A stretch of 63,795 nt of DNA, the filler included, from Bipalium vagum (taxonomy: Eukaryota): NCBI GenBank assembly GCA_037834085.1. It is 3 parts of 3 records of this genome, joined end to end, with 100 filler letters (N's around TTAATTAATTAA, not from the genome) between each part and the next. Parts side by side here need not be neighbours in the genome. Positions count along the whole stretch, not along the records: positions 44,717 to 63,795 come from JBBMKC010011452.1; 2 more parts are not named here. The stretch is one strand, 5' to 3'. The translations under genes were made by a program, and so were the position numbers. Positions 52,714-63,795 of this stretch are shown here, in pieces; position 1 is the stretch's first letter, and every line of letters starts with the position of its first letter. The notes beneath the pieces are model-generated. The model did no database searches. It had not been told where the DNA came from and saw only the letters and a program-made list of their open reading frames with translations.

Positions 52714-55700
52714 TCACCATAAGCTCCAAGGAGTCATTTTTTGAATATATGCAGGTATGTTGGTGATGTTGAGAGGAATCGTTATTAATAATTGAGTAAA
52801 GTTATATATGTCCATACCATTTGTGATAGATTTGCTGAAATTAAAACTCAATAGCTAAGCACCAGAGTCTTGTCATTAAAACAAAATAAAAATTATAAGT
52901 AACGTAAATAAAACGTAAAGGACGATTTCATTTCAATTTGTGGTGAAACTTATTTCAGTGGTTCACAAAATAATCTAAAATTGTAATTTAAATTACTCAA
53001 AATTAAAACCTGATAATCAGACACATCAATACGAAAAATCCAAAAACGAAATTGAAAAATAGAAAAGAATTTTTATTCTGTTCGACTTATTTTGATCTCG
53101 AAATTCATATATCTTATTGGTGACAAGATCTTGAACTCAATTTTATCAGAATTTAGTTTCTTGAAGTACATATTAAAACAAATCAGAAATTATCGATTAA
53201 TTCTCAATTAAAAAATTAAAAAATCGAAATTAGTCTACACCAACAAACAAAAACTTCCCATTAACAATCAAAATATATTAATTTGTTAGTTTATTATTGA
53301 AACTTAAAAGAAATCTTACTAAGTAAAAATATATTCTGAAATAATGACAGAAGAGTAAAAAAAAGTATTCAAAAAGAACGAAAATAATTAGAAAAATTAC
53401 ATTTGATATTCTTAATTTTAACTTTATTCAACAAATTATAAGCTCTCAGGGGGAACAATAAGAAATGTTATTTATGAAAATATTGTATACAAAACGTATG
53501 TGTTGAAGAAAGGATAATTTCTCTCAAAAAATCAAACAAAAACTTTAATCAAATCGAAAATTCAACTAACAAAACTCAAACATTCATCAAAACAAGATCT
53601 GATTTTGTTTTATCAGATGAAAAAGACTTCGATCAAGATCATAAGGTTAAAAGAAGAAATTGTCTATGGTTATCTAAAGACTCTTTTGAAGTGTCAAGAA
53701 TCATACAAAATAATTTTCCAGTATCCATCATGGTTTTAGGGGTAGTAAGCAATGAAGGACATGGGATACCTCTTCACTTCATCTAGCAGGACCTTAGAAT
53801 GAATTCTGCTATCTGCATTGAAGTCCTGCAAAAAGTAATAAAGCACTTGATTGACTCAGCCCGAAACGGAGGCTTAATGTTTACTAACAAGATTTTGCTT
53901 CATCACATAAGGCTCGATTAACTAATGGAAGGCTGAAAATTTCCATAACCACGTTATTCGTGATATTTACCTCCCAATGATCCAGACCTAAATCCATTTG
54001 ACTGTGGATTTATTGAGAAAGAGGTCATTGAAGATTTCCACAAGATTTCACTGAAGCACACAATACTCAGAGTAATGCCCAATATGAGCCAGAACCACAT
54101 AGTTAGGGAATGCAGGCGATTTCGACCTCGTATGGAAACATGTATCTAAGCTAATGGTGGTTTTTTGAATAAAATTATAAAAACTTAATTATTTTTTATC
54201 AAACATTTTTATCAATAAAGTAATTATATTTCTGTTTTCATGAGAGATCAATAAGTTTTCAAATACCTTACACACCATATATATACTAGGTCAATCAATA
54301 AGTTTTGTCGCTCGATAAGAAAAACTTAATTTTATTTATTTTAATACATTTTATTATTCAGTATATTCTCCCAGAAGCACAACACACATTCCACTCCTAT
54401 GCCTCCGGTTTTGATTCAGTATTATGGTGGTAGACCCAAGTTTCATCCATAGTGATGAATCGACATACAAAATCCTTTTTATCCTTTCCAAAATGCTTCA
54501 CATGTTGCTCTCATTCGAACGTGCTTTTGTTCAATATATGCGAATGTAGTACCCATTATGCACAGCTTTCTGAAACCTAAAACTTCAATTAACAAATGAT
54601 GTGCTGCACCATTTGAGATGCCGGTGATCTCAGCTATATCATCCAAAGTAAGTCGACAATTTTCCAAAAGAATATTTTTTACGTCCTCCATTATTTCTGG
54701 TCTTGATGCACTTTTGTATGTCCTTCAGGTGTTTCGGTATGAACTCATATAAGGCCACATTTAATTTAAGAAACACATCTTTCTACTGTTCTAATTGAAG
54801 GTGAAGAGTCCTTATACTTTTAACAACCTTCATGACTTTTTAGTTCTAAACATTACAAAAATAAGAATTTGATCACTGAACGATATTCAGGCTTTTCCAT
54901 ATTAAGAAAATCAATGATAGATAAATTTCAAATGTCTTGTAAAGATAGAAAGATTTAACAAATTATAGGTGAAAGCTCATACGTGTTCATGAAAAGTACT
55001 ATAAATTTTATAAAAATAAAATTACGAATTTAGTTACGCAATCTCTTATCGAACGACAAAACTTATTGACTGACCTAGTATAAATTGATAATATTTCTTA
55101 GTACAAAAAAAATATATATATAATCATAAAACTAAAAATAGATGAAATAAAAATAAAACATTCAGAAATGTAACAGTACTTAAAATGATAATATTTGTCT
55201 AACAGTCAAAATTGTGAATCAAGAAATAACAAAATGCTTATAAATAATTAATGCTTCGAAAATATCATAAAAATATATTCAAATGTGAAATACAATAAAA
55301 ATTATATATTATCTAATCTTGAATGTTGACGTCAAAATTATATTGAGACGAAAACTAGAGATTAAAATAGAAAATAAGATATAGTCGACTAAAAAGGAAA
55401 TTTACATTCTTTGATTAGACATTGGCCAATCACGGTGTTGTCAGCTGGCCAATATAAGACTAAGAGGATTTGTCAGAAGACGAAGTCATATTTTTTTTAA
55501 TATATTTATATTTTGATTGAGCGGATAAATTATGAAGATTTTGTTTTAGGCTTAATTTATGATATTTTATAATATTATTCTTTTTTTCTTTCTCACATAT
55601 AAAGAATTTACAAAAAGTATCAACTCAAGAAATTGAGTGATTGTCCTCAGCAAAAGCTACCGAGTCTTCAATTGTTTAATTTTTGACTTATTACGTGATG

Positions 55701-56163
55701 ACATTATGAACATTAATAATTATCAATATTTCAAATCATTCCATTCTTTTAATAGTAAAATCAATTGCAAAGTTTCTAAGAAATTGAATATTTCATATGA
55801 AAACATCTAATTATCGATGACCTCTAATTTTTTCATTTAATAAATAAAAAAATATGTGAATAACATAACCAAATTACACGAATCAAACAAAAAAAAAGTT
55901 GCTTCATAAAAGAAAACATTTGTAAAAATATCTTAATAATAATTGTCTTAAATAATAAATAAAAATATACTACTAATAAGAATAATTATATTGGAAAGTC
56001 TCACCCATCTTCAAATGATATAAAAAGCGAAGGTATGACAACGGTTCGATTTGTTCCATCATCAGACATCGTTATAATAATGTTTTCACTGTTATCATAA
56101 ACAATCATAGCTACAGCTCCAGCTTGTTGGCTCATCATTGCTTTCGTTACAAATGAACAATTC
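52714..56163 (-). CDS. PRADC1: Protease-associated domain-containing protein 1 (last two coding exons; 5' exons not found in the window)
   Basis: Exon 56163-56005: (G)NCSFVTKAMMSQQAGAVAMIVYDN...MSDDGTNRTVVIPSLFISFEDG. Exon 52834-52714: KSITNGMD...LLITIPLNITNIPAYIQKMTPWSLW*, matching the PRADC1 C-terminus IPVNVTSIP...PPWTFW*. Both junctions are phase 2 GT-AG. Confidence 0.9.
53400..54275 (+). mobile_element. maT (DD37D) transposon remnant in a PRADC1 intron
   Basis: FVLSDEKDFDQD...FPVSIMVLGVVSNEGH...QDFASSHKA...PPNDPDLNPFD. Confidence 0.8.
54286..55078 (-). mobile_element. Internally deleted mariner (793 bp) with intact TIRs
   Basis: TA-flanked TIRs CTAGGTCARTCAATAAGTTTTGTCGYTCGATAAG; HTH2 ORF 54479-54691 and RFITMDETWVYHH (irritans/Himar-like); catalytic C-terminus missing. 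Confidence 0.9.
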
Positions 56164-56429
56164 CTAATACAGAGATAAATTGACTGAATACTGTGATTTG
56201 ATTACCATTCAATTTTTAAAATTTCTTATATCTATTCAATTGAAACGATTAAAATGAATTGTAAATCTTCAGGATTTGTTAATGATAATGATTTATTTTT
56301 AGAAAAATTCAAATACCTGAATACTTGTCAAAATTTAGATACTAGAGAACCAATTTTAATAAATCTAGATTCTATTTTGAACTTCTTTAATTTACTATCA
56401 ATTATTTAGAAATATATAGCATTATTTTA

Positions 56430-56800
56430 CAGGATGCGTCAGCTATTTGAGGACAAAAATTGATACTAAAGGTAAGTAACAATTTTAATGAAAATATTGT
56501 ATATTTTTAAGCAATATTAGAAACTATTTGTTTTAAGTACACAAGTTTTATTTATTCAATAAAATCGCCTTCAGTGTCAATTACAGCTTCAAGACGGCTT
56601 CTGAAAAGCTTACAAGTTGCGATCAAATGATTTTTGTTCATATTTATCATAGCAGAACCTATAGAAGGCCGTAATGAATCGTTGGTATTATGAGGATGTT
56701 TTTTCGTCTCCTTCTCTACGACGCCCCATACGAAAAAGTCCAAAGGATTTAAATCGAGTGAGCTAGGTGGCCATAAGTTTGGCGTTATTTTATCGTATAT
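56430..56800 (-). mobile_element. maT (DD37D) transposon 3' end
   Basis: TA + CAGGATGCGTCAG end; WPPSSLDLNPLDFFVWGVVE...CKLFRSRLEAVIDTEGDFIE. Confidence 0.85.
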
Positions 56801-56809
56801 TTAACGCAG

Positions 56810-59717
56810 CGGGATCTTATCAGTAGAAATTTCAATTCAACAAATAAATCCAAAGATGGAAAAAGTTCATTCCGACGCGAGGCCCATTAAAGTTCCTTAT
56901 CCTTCCTTTATTGTCCAAGACGAAGAGAAAATTAACAGAATATTAGATTTAGCAAGCCCTTGACCTTTACAAAGAACTGCCTTAACCCTAATTAGAGACA
57001 TTGAGGTGATAAAAGCTTGGTAACACACCGTAACCATGAAGTAGTTTATCGAAGTATCCACGATTCCTAATAAGCTGAATGGGAAAAAATAGAAGACCGA
57101 CAGATGATATGCATAGGCAGAAATATTACGGCAATCAATTTAGTTTACCTCGTTTACTTTAGTCGTTTTTCAGTACCGGTCCGTTAAAAAATCATGGAGA
57201 AAAGAGGAAAAGTTAGTAGAAGAATTTCTCCTAGAGACGCAAAGATCGATCGAGATTAAGGGAGAAGAGGGCATGTAATGCTACTTGTTGCAAATCCAGC
57301 CCATGATAGTTGAGGTTTTTAGTGGGCAGAGAAGTCATGGAAACCCGCAAAATAGGAAGATACAGAATGGGAGGTAATCCCGAAAGAGAGATGGTCAAGA
57401 AGACAACCATATGTAGACAAGAAGTGGCTCAGGAACCCGGATATGAGCCAGATAGTGTTAATATAATATATAATATATAGTGTTAATATAAAAGGGGAAT
57501 GACTCAATTCCTCACCAAGATGCTCCCACTTGGAGCAACATTAACGGGGATTTTTAACTCGTGGGAATTTTGCCTACCGAGCATTGATAACTCCGCGAGC
57601 ATGTGATCACGGTATAGTAACTAAAATGGTAGAAGGCCAAGAGGATGAGCTAGAAGCGAAGAAGTTATTAGAGGTAAAAGTAGTAATAAGCTATGATGTA
57701 AAGATGTAATACTGGGACCTGGCGACACTACCTATAGTCAAAAAGGATCGACTCATAGGTCTTAGAAGAGATGGGACAGTGTGTTTGCACATGCTGGTCC
57801 AATATTACGCAAATCGGAAGATGGTGGATAAGAGAGGATGCTTTGCACTACAGAGGGACATCATTTATGCTGAAAGTATGGATAGTTGTTGGGGACAGAT
57901 GCATAGATGGTCTGACGTCAGAGTTAGCTGGCACAGGCAAGGAGGTCCAGCACCAGAATTATCCACCTGAGCCAATGATGATTAGTAGGACTACGAGACT
58001 AGGGTTGGAACCTGATTAGAAGGCAACCATCAGCAAGGGAATTTCTAAACCGATATTGAAAAGAATGCAAGAATAGGTAAACGCTAAGACGGATTGGTCC
58101 AACGAAATGGAAACAGAAAGCGAAGAGTCAGAGGATGCGGAGTTAAATAAATTGGCAATTCAATTCAAGAAGCACAGAGAGATATATAAATCTCCGCCAG
58201 TCGATATGGACGATAGCGATAATGACTTTGAACCGATGATGCCGTGGGAAGATCATGAAAAAAGGAGGCATAATAAGAAGGAAGAGGAGATAAGAACTGT
58301 GGCGACAGACTTCACTAAGAAGATCAGTCTCCAAAACCCAACAGGCAAACCAGTAAAAGAAAGAAAAGCAAGGACTTCTACTCCAACATGGGAGGACCAA
58401 ATAGAGGATGTCGAGGATGTCATAATATTGTCAGAGAGTGTGGACCTGACAGGAGACTCGCCAGAGGAGGATAAAGAACCAGGGGAGATAAAAAAAAGAG
58501 CAAGAAGCAAGTACAAGAAGCAAGCCCAGTAAAGTTAGAGAAGACCAAACTTAGACTGAAGAATTCCCTAGCAGAAATTCATGTTCTAAGCCAGCAATGA
58601 GGATGGGTGAAAGGAGATAATGGTAAGGTCAACTAAGACAAGACAGGAATTGCTTTTAATTAATGACAGGAAAAGAAAGAGAAGGGGGCAACCTAAAAGG
58701 GAGGAAGTGGAACTGGAACGAGCCAGAGCCAAAAAGAAAAGTGCTGGAAGAGAGAATAAGGACTGAAATTGAATCTTTCTGATTATCATTGTAGTATTCG
58801 AAATTTTGTTTTATTTTTTTTGTGTGTATCCAATAAAGTTTTCGGTAGTCTGTTAGTTAATTTTAGAAGATTCGGAGGACCGAATCAGTATAAATTGGGA
58901 GTATTGTTGGGGTATAATAATGGTAATAATAATGATAATAAAGTTGGGGTTTAGTAATAATAATAATAAAATAATAATATCATTGAAAAATCTGAGATAA
59001 TATCAGCCTCGGCGTCGAGGTTGAGAAAAATTAATTACCCCCCATTGTGGGAGATAATAATCCTTCCTATCTCGTCGTGGAGACATGGAAAGTAATTAAA
59101 AGCTATTGATGGAGATAGCCGTCTCGGAGCGTAGGATTGGTGATCGTAGCCCAATCCCTGCGATTATATAAAGAAACGGCTATTTCCATCAGTTTGCCAC
59201 TAATGCTAATAAAGCAAAAAAAAAACTACGGAGACCTACGGATTCAGAACGATGACACAGGAAAAACTACAGAGAACTACAAATTCAAAATGATTAATCA
59301 GGACAATTACGGAGATTACGGATTCAGGACGACGATGCAGGTATATCAGACTTGGACATGACAACGAAGATAGATTTCACAATGGACCCAGGAGGCTTGG
59401 GAACCCCTAGGCGACCTGGGGACCCCTTGTCGATCTTGGTGAGACCGTTTATTTTTTATTTCTGGTGATAATTTCCAATCTTGGTATTTTTCTTTTTCTC
59501 TCTCATCTCATTAATAGCAGTGTGTTTGTTTTATTATTATTTATTTTTTGTTGTTAAACTTATTAGTGACTTATCGTGGTGATCAGTATATTAGGGATTG
59601 TGTTTTTTATCAACAAAATTTTATTGTGGACGTTTTTATTCAGTGCATAGGGTGCAGGTATAGTATTATTTTGGGTGTTTTAATTCAGATAAGGTTGTAA
59701 AGGGAACTGACACAACA
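56810..59717 (+). mobile_element. 3' part of an LTR retroelement: degenerate accessory ORF plus 3' LTR
   Basis: GC-richer, purine-skewed tract. One frame runs 57771-58766 with scattered stops. It is followed by an LTR homologous to 47527-48157 that ends ...CACAACA at 59717. The 5' LTR boundary (about 58990-59070) is uncertain. Confidence 0.65.
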
Positions 59718-59724
59718 TTTTATA

Positions 59725-60250
59725 AAAGTGAGGAGTTACGAGCACACGAGCACACATTACTACGTCAAGGTATAATAGTAACAATTTAAATAGTTTTAAG
59801 GTAAATGATAAGAGATGATCAGAAGAAATAGAGTTAAAAGAAATAAAAATAAAACAATCTCACCAGGAGCGACACTGGGTACCCGGGTCGTACTCTATGT
59901 CCTTTTGCAGGTCACCTAAGGATTCCCAAACTCGATGCGTTTCCTAGGTAAATCATCTTGCATCAGCATATCCACGCCAAAAAAAATTATGATTACTGGA
60001 ATCCTTGAATTGTCCTCGTTTGAAAATCTGTTTGTGGGTAAATTTCTGGAGATAGTCGTGGAGATTAGTCTACGATCACCAATCCCCAAGTTTTCGAAAC
60101 AGCTATTTCCAGCAATAGCCCTTTATTTATAATTTGGAGAAAAAATTAGACATAGGGATAAATTAATTACTCCGTCACGAATTTTATTTCCCTATTATCC
60201 AAAAACAAAAAAGATAATAACCTCTCATCATAGCCTGGACGCCGAGACTT
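59725..60250 (-). mobile_element. Related LTR copy in inverted orientation
   Basis: The minus strand carries TCTCGGCGT, GGATTGGTGATCGTAG, CATCGAGTTTGGGAATCC and TGTCGCTCCTGGTGAGATTGTTTTATTT, shared with the other two LTRs. Confidence 0.8.
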
Positions 60251-60282
60251 TTATTTCTTTATTATCATTACTACCATTTCTA

Positions 60283-60288
<6 letters not shown>

Positions 60289-60351
<63 letters not shown>
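60289..60351. repeat. (ATT)n microsatellite
   Basis: Pure ATT array. Confidence 0.95.
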
Positions 60352-61594
60352 GAAATTTTTTATTGTTTTGTAACATCTTTGGCCAACCCAGCATTGATTA
60401 AAACCATTTTTCAATAATGTAGAGTGAAAAATTATAATTAAGTCTTATAAAAAAAAGGAAGCTGTAAATCAGAGGGTGAATTTTATTAATTAAACGTTAG
60501 TAACATACTAATTGTATAATAATAATAATTGATTTCTTAAAAAGTATACAATGAAATAAAAATATAATTCGTAACATTACAATTGCGACTAGGACAATAC
60601 ATTTGTGATATCAAAATCTAAGGAAGTGTAGACTTTTGTTAGAACCAAGTCATTTTATCTTTTATTTTAAAATCTTTAAATGGATCACACTTGGAAATGT
60701 ACTCATTATTATTCTAAATCAAACTTTTTATTACCAATAAAACTTCTTACTGATTCATCAATGTCATTATAATTATCATCTTTATATAGAAACACATTTA
60801 TAAATGGAAAAAATATTTTTTTAATTTTCAGTCCAATAAATAAATGTAATATAATAAAAAAAAATTCAACAAAAGTTTACTTATTATATCTGGAATATTG
60901 AAATAGTGTGAGATATTTTATTTAGTTTATATGGGACGTAAAATTGGAATCGCCTACTAGCACACAAAAGGAATAAAACAGTATTACATGTCAGCACCTA
61001 ATAAATTCTGGTCACCATTTTAAACCATTTTATATATATTTCTAAACTCGAAATATATTCCACAAATCAGCATTATCTATTATAAACAAAATACTATAAA
61101 ATATCAGAATTCGTTTTAAGAGGAATAAAATATTGAATAATAAAAAAAATAGAGCAAATAAAAAATTATAATCGAATTTTTAAAATAAATAAAAAAAGAA
61201 AATATAATCAATAAAGAAATTTATTTTTAAAAAACGTTATGAAAAAAAAATTAAACTTGTTCAGATTAAATATACAGCATATAACCAGATTTCACACAAC
61301 CAATTTATCATTTTTAAGATTAGGAATCTTTGAATCTTTACTAATAATAAAAATTTATTTTTAAAAAGCATCTCTATCCAGGAAAATGTGCATTTAGTAC
61401 CATCTTCTTCGATGATTTCGTAAATTCTTCTTTTGATTTTGTATTCTTTTCGTTTTTGCTATCCTTCAATAATTTGTTGATTTGCCTTGAAAGTACATCA
61501 AATGAGAGAGGAAGCGAAAACTTTGCAAGAAGGAAGGAATGAGGGAGAGTAAAGAACAATGTAGAAAAATATAGCAAGGATTACAAGTATAGTA

Positions 61595-63675
61595 CAGGAT
61601 GACCAGAAAAAAGTGATAACAAGATATTTTGTCAGAAATTTTTATTTAACCAACAAATTGATTTTAGCAACAGATTTTAATAAACAGATATTGTCAAAAT
61701 TATATCCAGGGTCTTCCAAAAGAAGCTTTACTACTTTTAACAAATTAAATACTAAATAGTTTTTGTTTAAATAAATTAATATTTAACATTATTCTAGCTA
61801 AACATTTGAAAATTAAATATGGATCGTTATATATTGCAACAACGGGCAGAAATTGTCAAAATATTTTATCAAAGCGGTAGTTCAATTTCAGTAACCGTTA
61901 AAAAATTAAATGCAAAATTTGGGAAAAACAAATGTCCATGAAAACCAACAATTTACAGTCTGATTAATGCTTTTGGAGCATTTGGCTCGGTAGCAGATAG
62001 ACCAAAATCTGGAAGACCCTGATCTGCGCGTATACCTGAAAATATTGCAAGTACACGAGAAAGCATTGAAGACAATAAATGAACCTCAATCAGTCATAGA
62101 GCACAGGAATTAAATCTCTCAAAATCCAGTTTGTCGCGGATAATGCATGAAGATTTGCATATGAAAGCTTATCGTAGTTCAGAAGCTTAAAGAATCATAC
62201 CATTAAAGTCGCCTGAATTATTTTAATTGGTTGTTAGAAAGATCAATTGCGGATCCTCATATTTGGAAAAAAACCATTATGACTGATGAAAGTCATTTTC
62301 ATTTGAGTGACGGTGTATTTAATAAACAAAATTGTCGAATTTGGGCAACAAAGCAACTCTATGTTTTGAAGGAAGAAGCATTACATTCACCGAAAGTTAC
62401 TGTATGGTGTGGAATATAGGCAAGAGGTGTAATTGTTCCATATTTTTTTGAAAATGCTGCAGGTAAAACAGTTACAATAACGGGAGAGATATCAACATAT
62501 GATAGAAACATTCCTTAAGCCTTATCTGAATGATTTTAATGTGGAGAATATTTAAATTCAGCAAGATGATGCCATATCCCATACAAATCGGAAAACAATT
62601 GTACTATTACACGAAACTTTTCCATCTGGCGTGATCTCACGTTTCGGTGATGTTGATTGACCTCCGAGATCTCCCGATTTGACGGCTCCAGACTATTTCT
62701 TATGGGGATATCTAAAAGATAAAGTTTATATTAATCAACCAAAAACTATTACACAACTCAAAAACAACATTTCGGAACAAATCGCTATGATCTCATTTGA
62801 TTTATGTCAAAAAGTTATTCAAAATTCCATATAATAGCCCAAATTTTTTTTATTTTAAAGATATCATATTTAAAATATAAATTTTTGTAATATCTGTGTT
62901 AGAATAAAGGTATAAAAATAAATTACTTTGCTTTTTAATTTTTATGTACGGAGAAATAGCGACTTAAAGTAGTAAAGCTTCTTTTGGAAAAACCTGTATT
63001 TAATTTTTTTCGAAATGGCTTCCTTTGGCTTTGATTTACAGTTTCTTGAAATTTAGCGTTTCTTTAGCGTTTCTTGAAATTCTCATCTATGACCGTAGCA
63101 TTTCCGGCGATATTTGGTTTGATTCTTGGCGTAAGGATTGCTTCAGTAACTAAGCCTTTGTGGCGTTTACTGCAGATTCTGGCTTCTAAAAATGACCATA
63201 CACTAGTCCACCTAATTGAGATCCGATGAGTATGGCGACCATTCTCGAAACGTGATAAAATCCGCAAATTTAAGCTTAATGCATGTCTCACGAGCTATCT
63301 TTCGCATTGAGGTCCTTGGATTAGGTTGAAGACGCTTTTTGATGATTTTTCGATTTTGACTGGTATCTTTTTTCTGCCGCTTCCTGGAAGTCTTTCATTT
63401 TTCCCATATCTAAATAGCATTTTATCGATATTATGTTTGGAGCAGCAATTCCGAGTCTTTTTGCAATATCACAATTGCGAAAGTCTTGTTCGTGTAAGAC
63501 ATTAATCTTTCATTTCTGTGTAGTCATTGATAACTAGTAATAATTGTAATCTGAAAATTATTTACAGATTCATCATCAATTAAATAAACATAATTCAAAT
63601 TTTATCTAGAAAAAAACTAAAATTAGCATGGTAAAACAACATTAAATTAGTTATCACTCTTTTCTGATCACCCTG
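61595..63675 (-). mobile_element. Internally deleted maT/Tc1-like element hosting a nested insertion
   Basis: TA-flanked TIRs CAGGATGACCAGAAAAAAGTGATAAC / GTTATCACTCTTTTCTGATCACCCTG; HTH (PGSGRKK, NPRTSMRKIARE) joined directly to WSPYSSDLN...WSFLEARIC. Confidence 0.8.
61707..62996 (+). mobile_element. Full-length but inactivated rosa/DD41D-type Tc1-mariner element (1290 bp), nested
   Basis: TIRs CAGG(G/T)T(C/T)TTCCAAAAGAAGCTTTACTACTTT. ATG at 61819 gives MDRYILQQRAEIVKIFYQ; then MTDESHFHL..NKQNCRIW, PKVTVWCG, FQQDDAISH and PPRSPDLTAPDYFLWGYLKDKVY. Stops and frameshifts present. Confidence 0.92.
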
Positions 63676-63722
63676 TAAGAATAAATACTGAGAAGAACAT
63701 CAAGAATAATGAGAATAGAGTA

Positions 63723-63723
<1 letters not shown>

Positions 63724-63795
<72 letters not shown>
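63724..63795. repeat. (AAT)n microsatellite at contig end
   Basis: Pure AAT array. Confidence 0.98.

Noticed and set aside
55600-55670. Hammerhead-ribozyme-like CTGAGGA...stem...GATA on the minus strand
   Set aside because: The GAAA core is mutated and I could not find stems I/III or a cleavage triplet.
58143-58789. Hydrophobic minus-strand ORFs suggesting an env or membrane protein
   Set aside because: They are antisense to a purine-rich + frame, so the Phe/Leu/Ser richness is a compositional artefact.
60560-61060. Candidate upstream PRADC1 exons
   Set aside because: No frame gives the expected IALxERG sequence ending in a phase-2 donor.

Overview
Very AT-rich eukaryotic (animal) genomic DNA with 41-48 nt mini-introns and (AAT)n tracts. 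A planarian-like invertebrate is a plausible source, but that is inference. The window is three contigs joined by two artificial 100-bp N/TTAATTAATTAA spacers. Host genes: a 12-exon tensin (SH2-PTB only, about 715 aa, + strand, 5357-13833); a convergent 2-exon KCNN/SK Ca2+-activated K+ channel (about 422 aa, - strand) carrying KCNN4/IK-type pore residues; the last two exons of PRADC1 (- strand); an orphan basic, Ser-rich ORF (45034-45627); and a tRNA-Ala-like element enclosed in an extended stem. The rest is mostly decayed mobile DNA. It includes many Tc1/mariner/maT/rosa/pogo copies, solo LTRs with target-site duplications, Gypsy and Penelope RT scraps, an LTR element with an unusual SIM/NLS-bearing accessory ORF, and a scattered Polinton/Maverick (adintovirus-like) endogenous virus. 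In that element a parvovirus-type phospholipase A2 domain appears fused to the integrase. All translations and motif matches were made by eye; no database searches were run.
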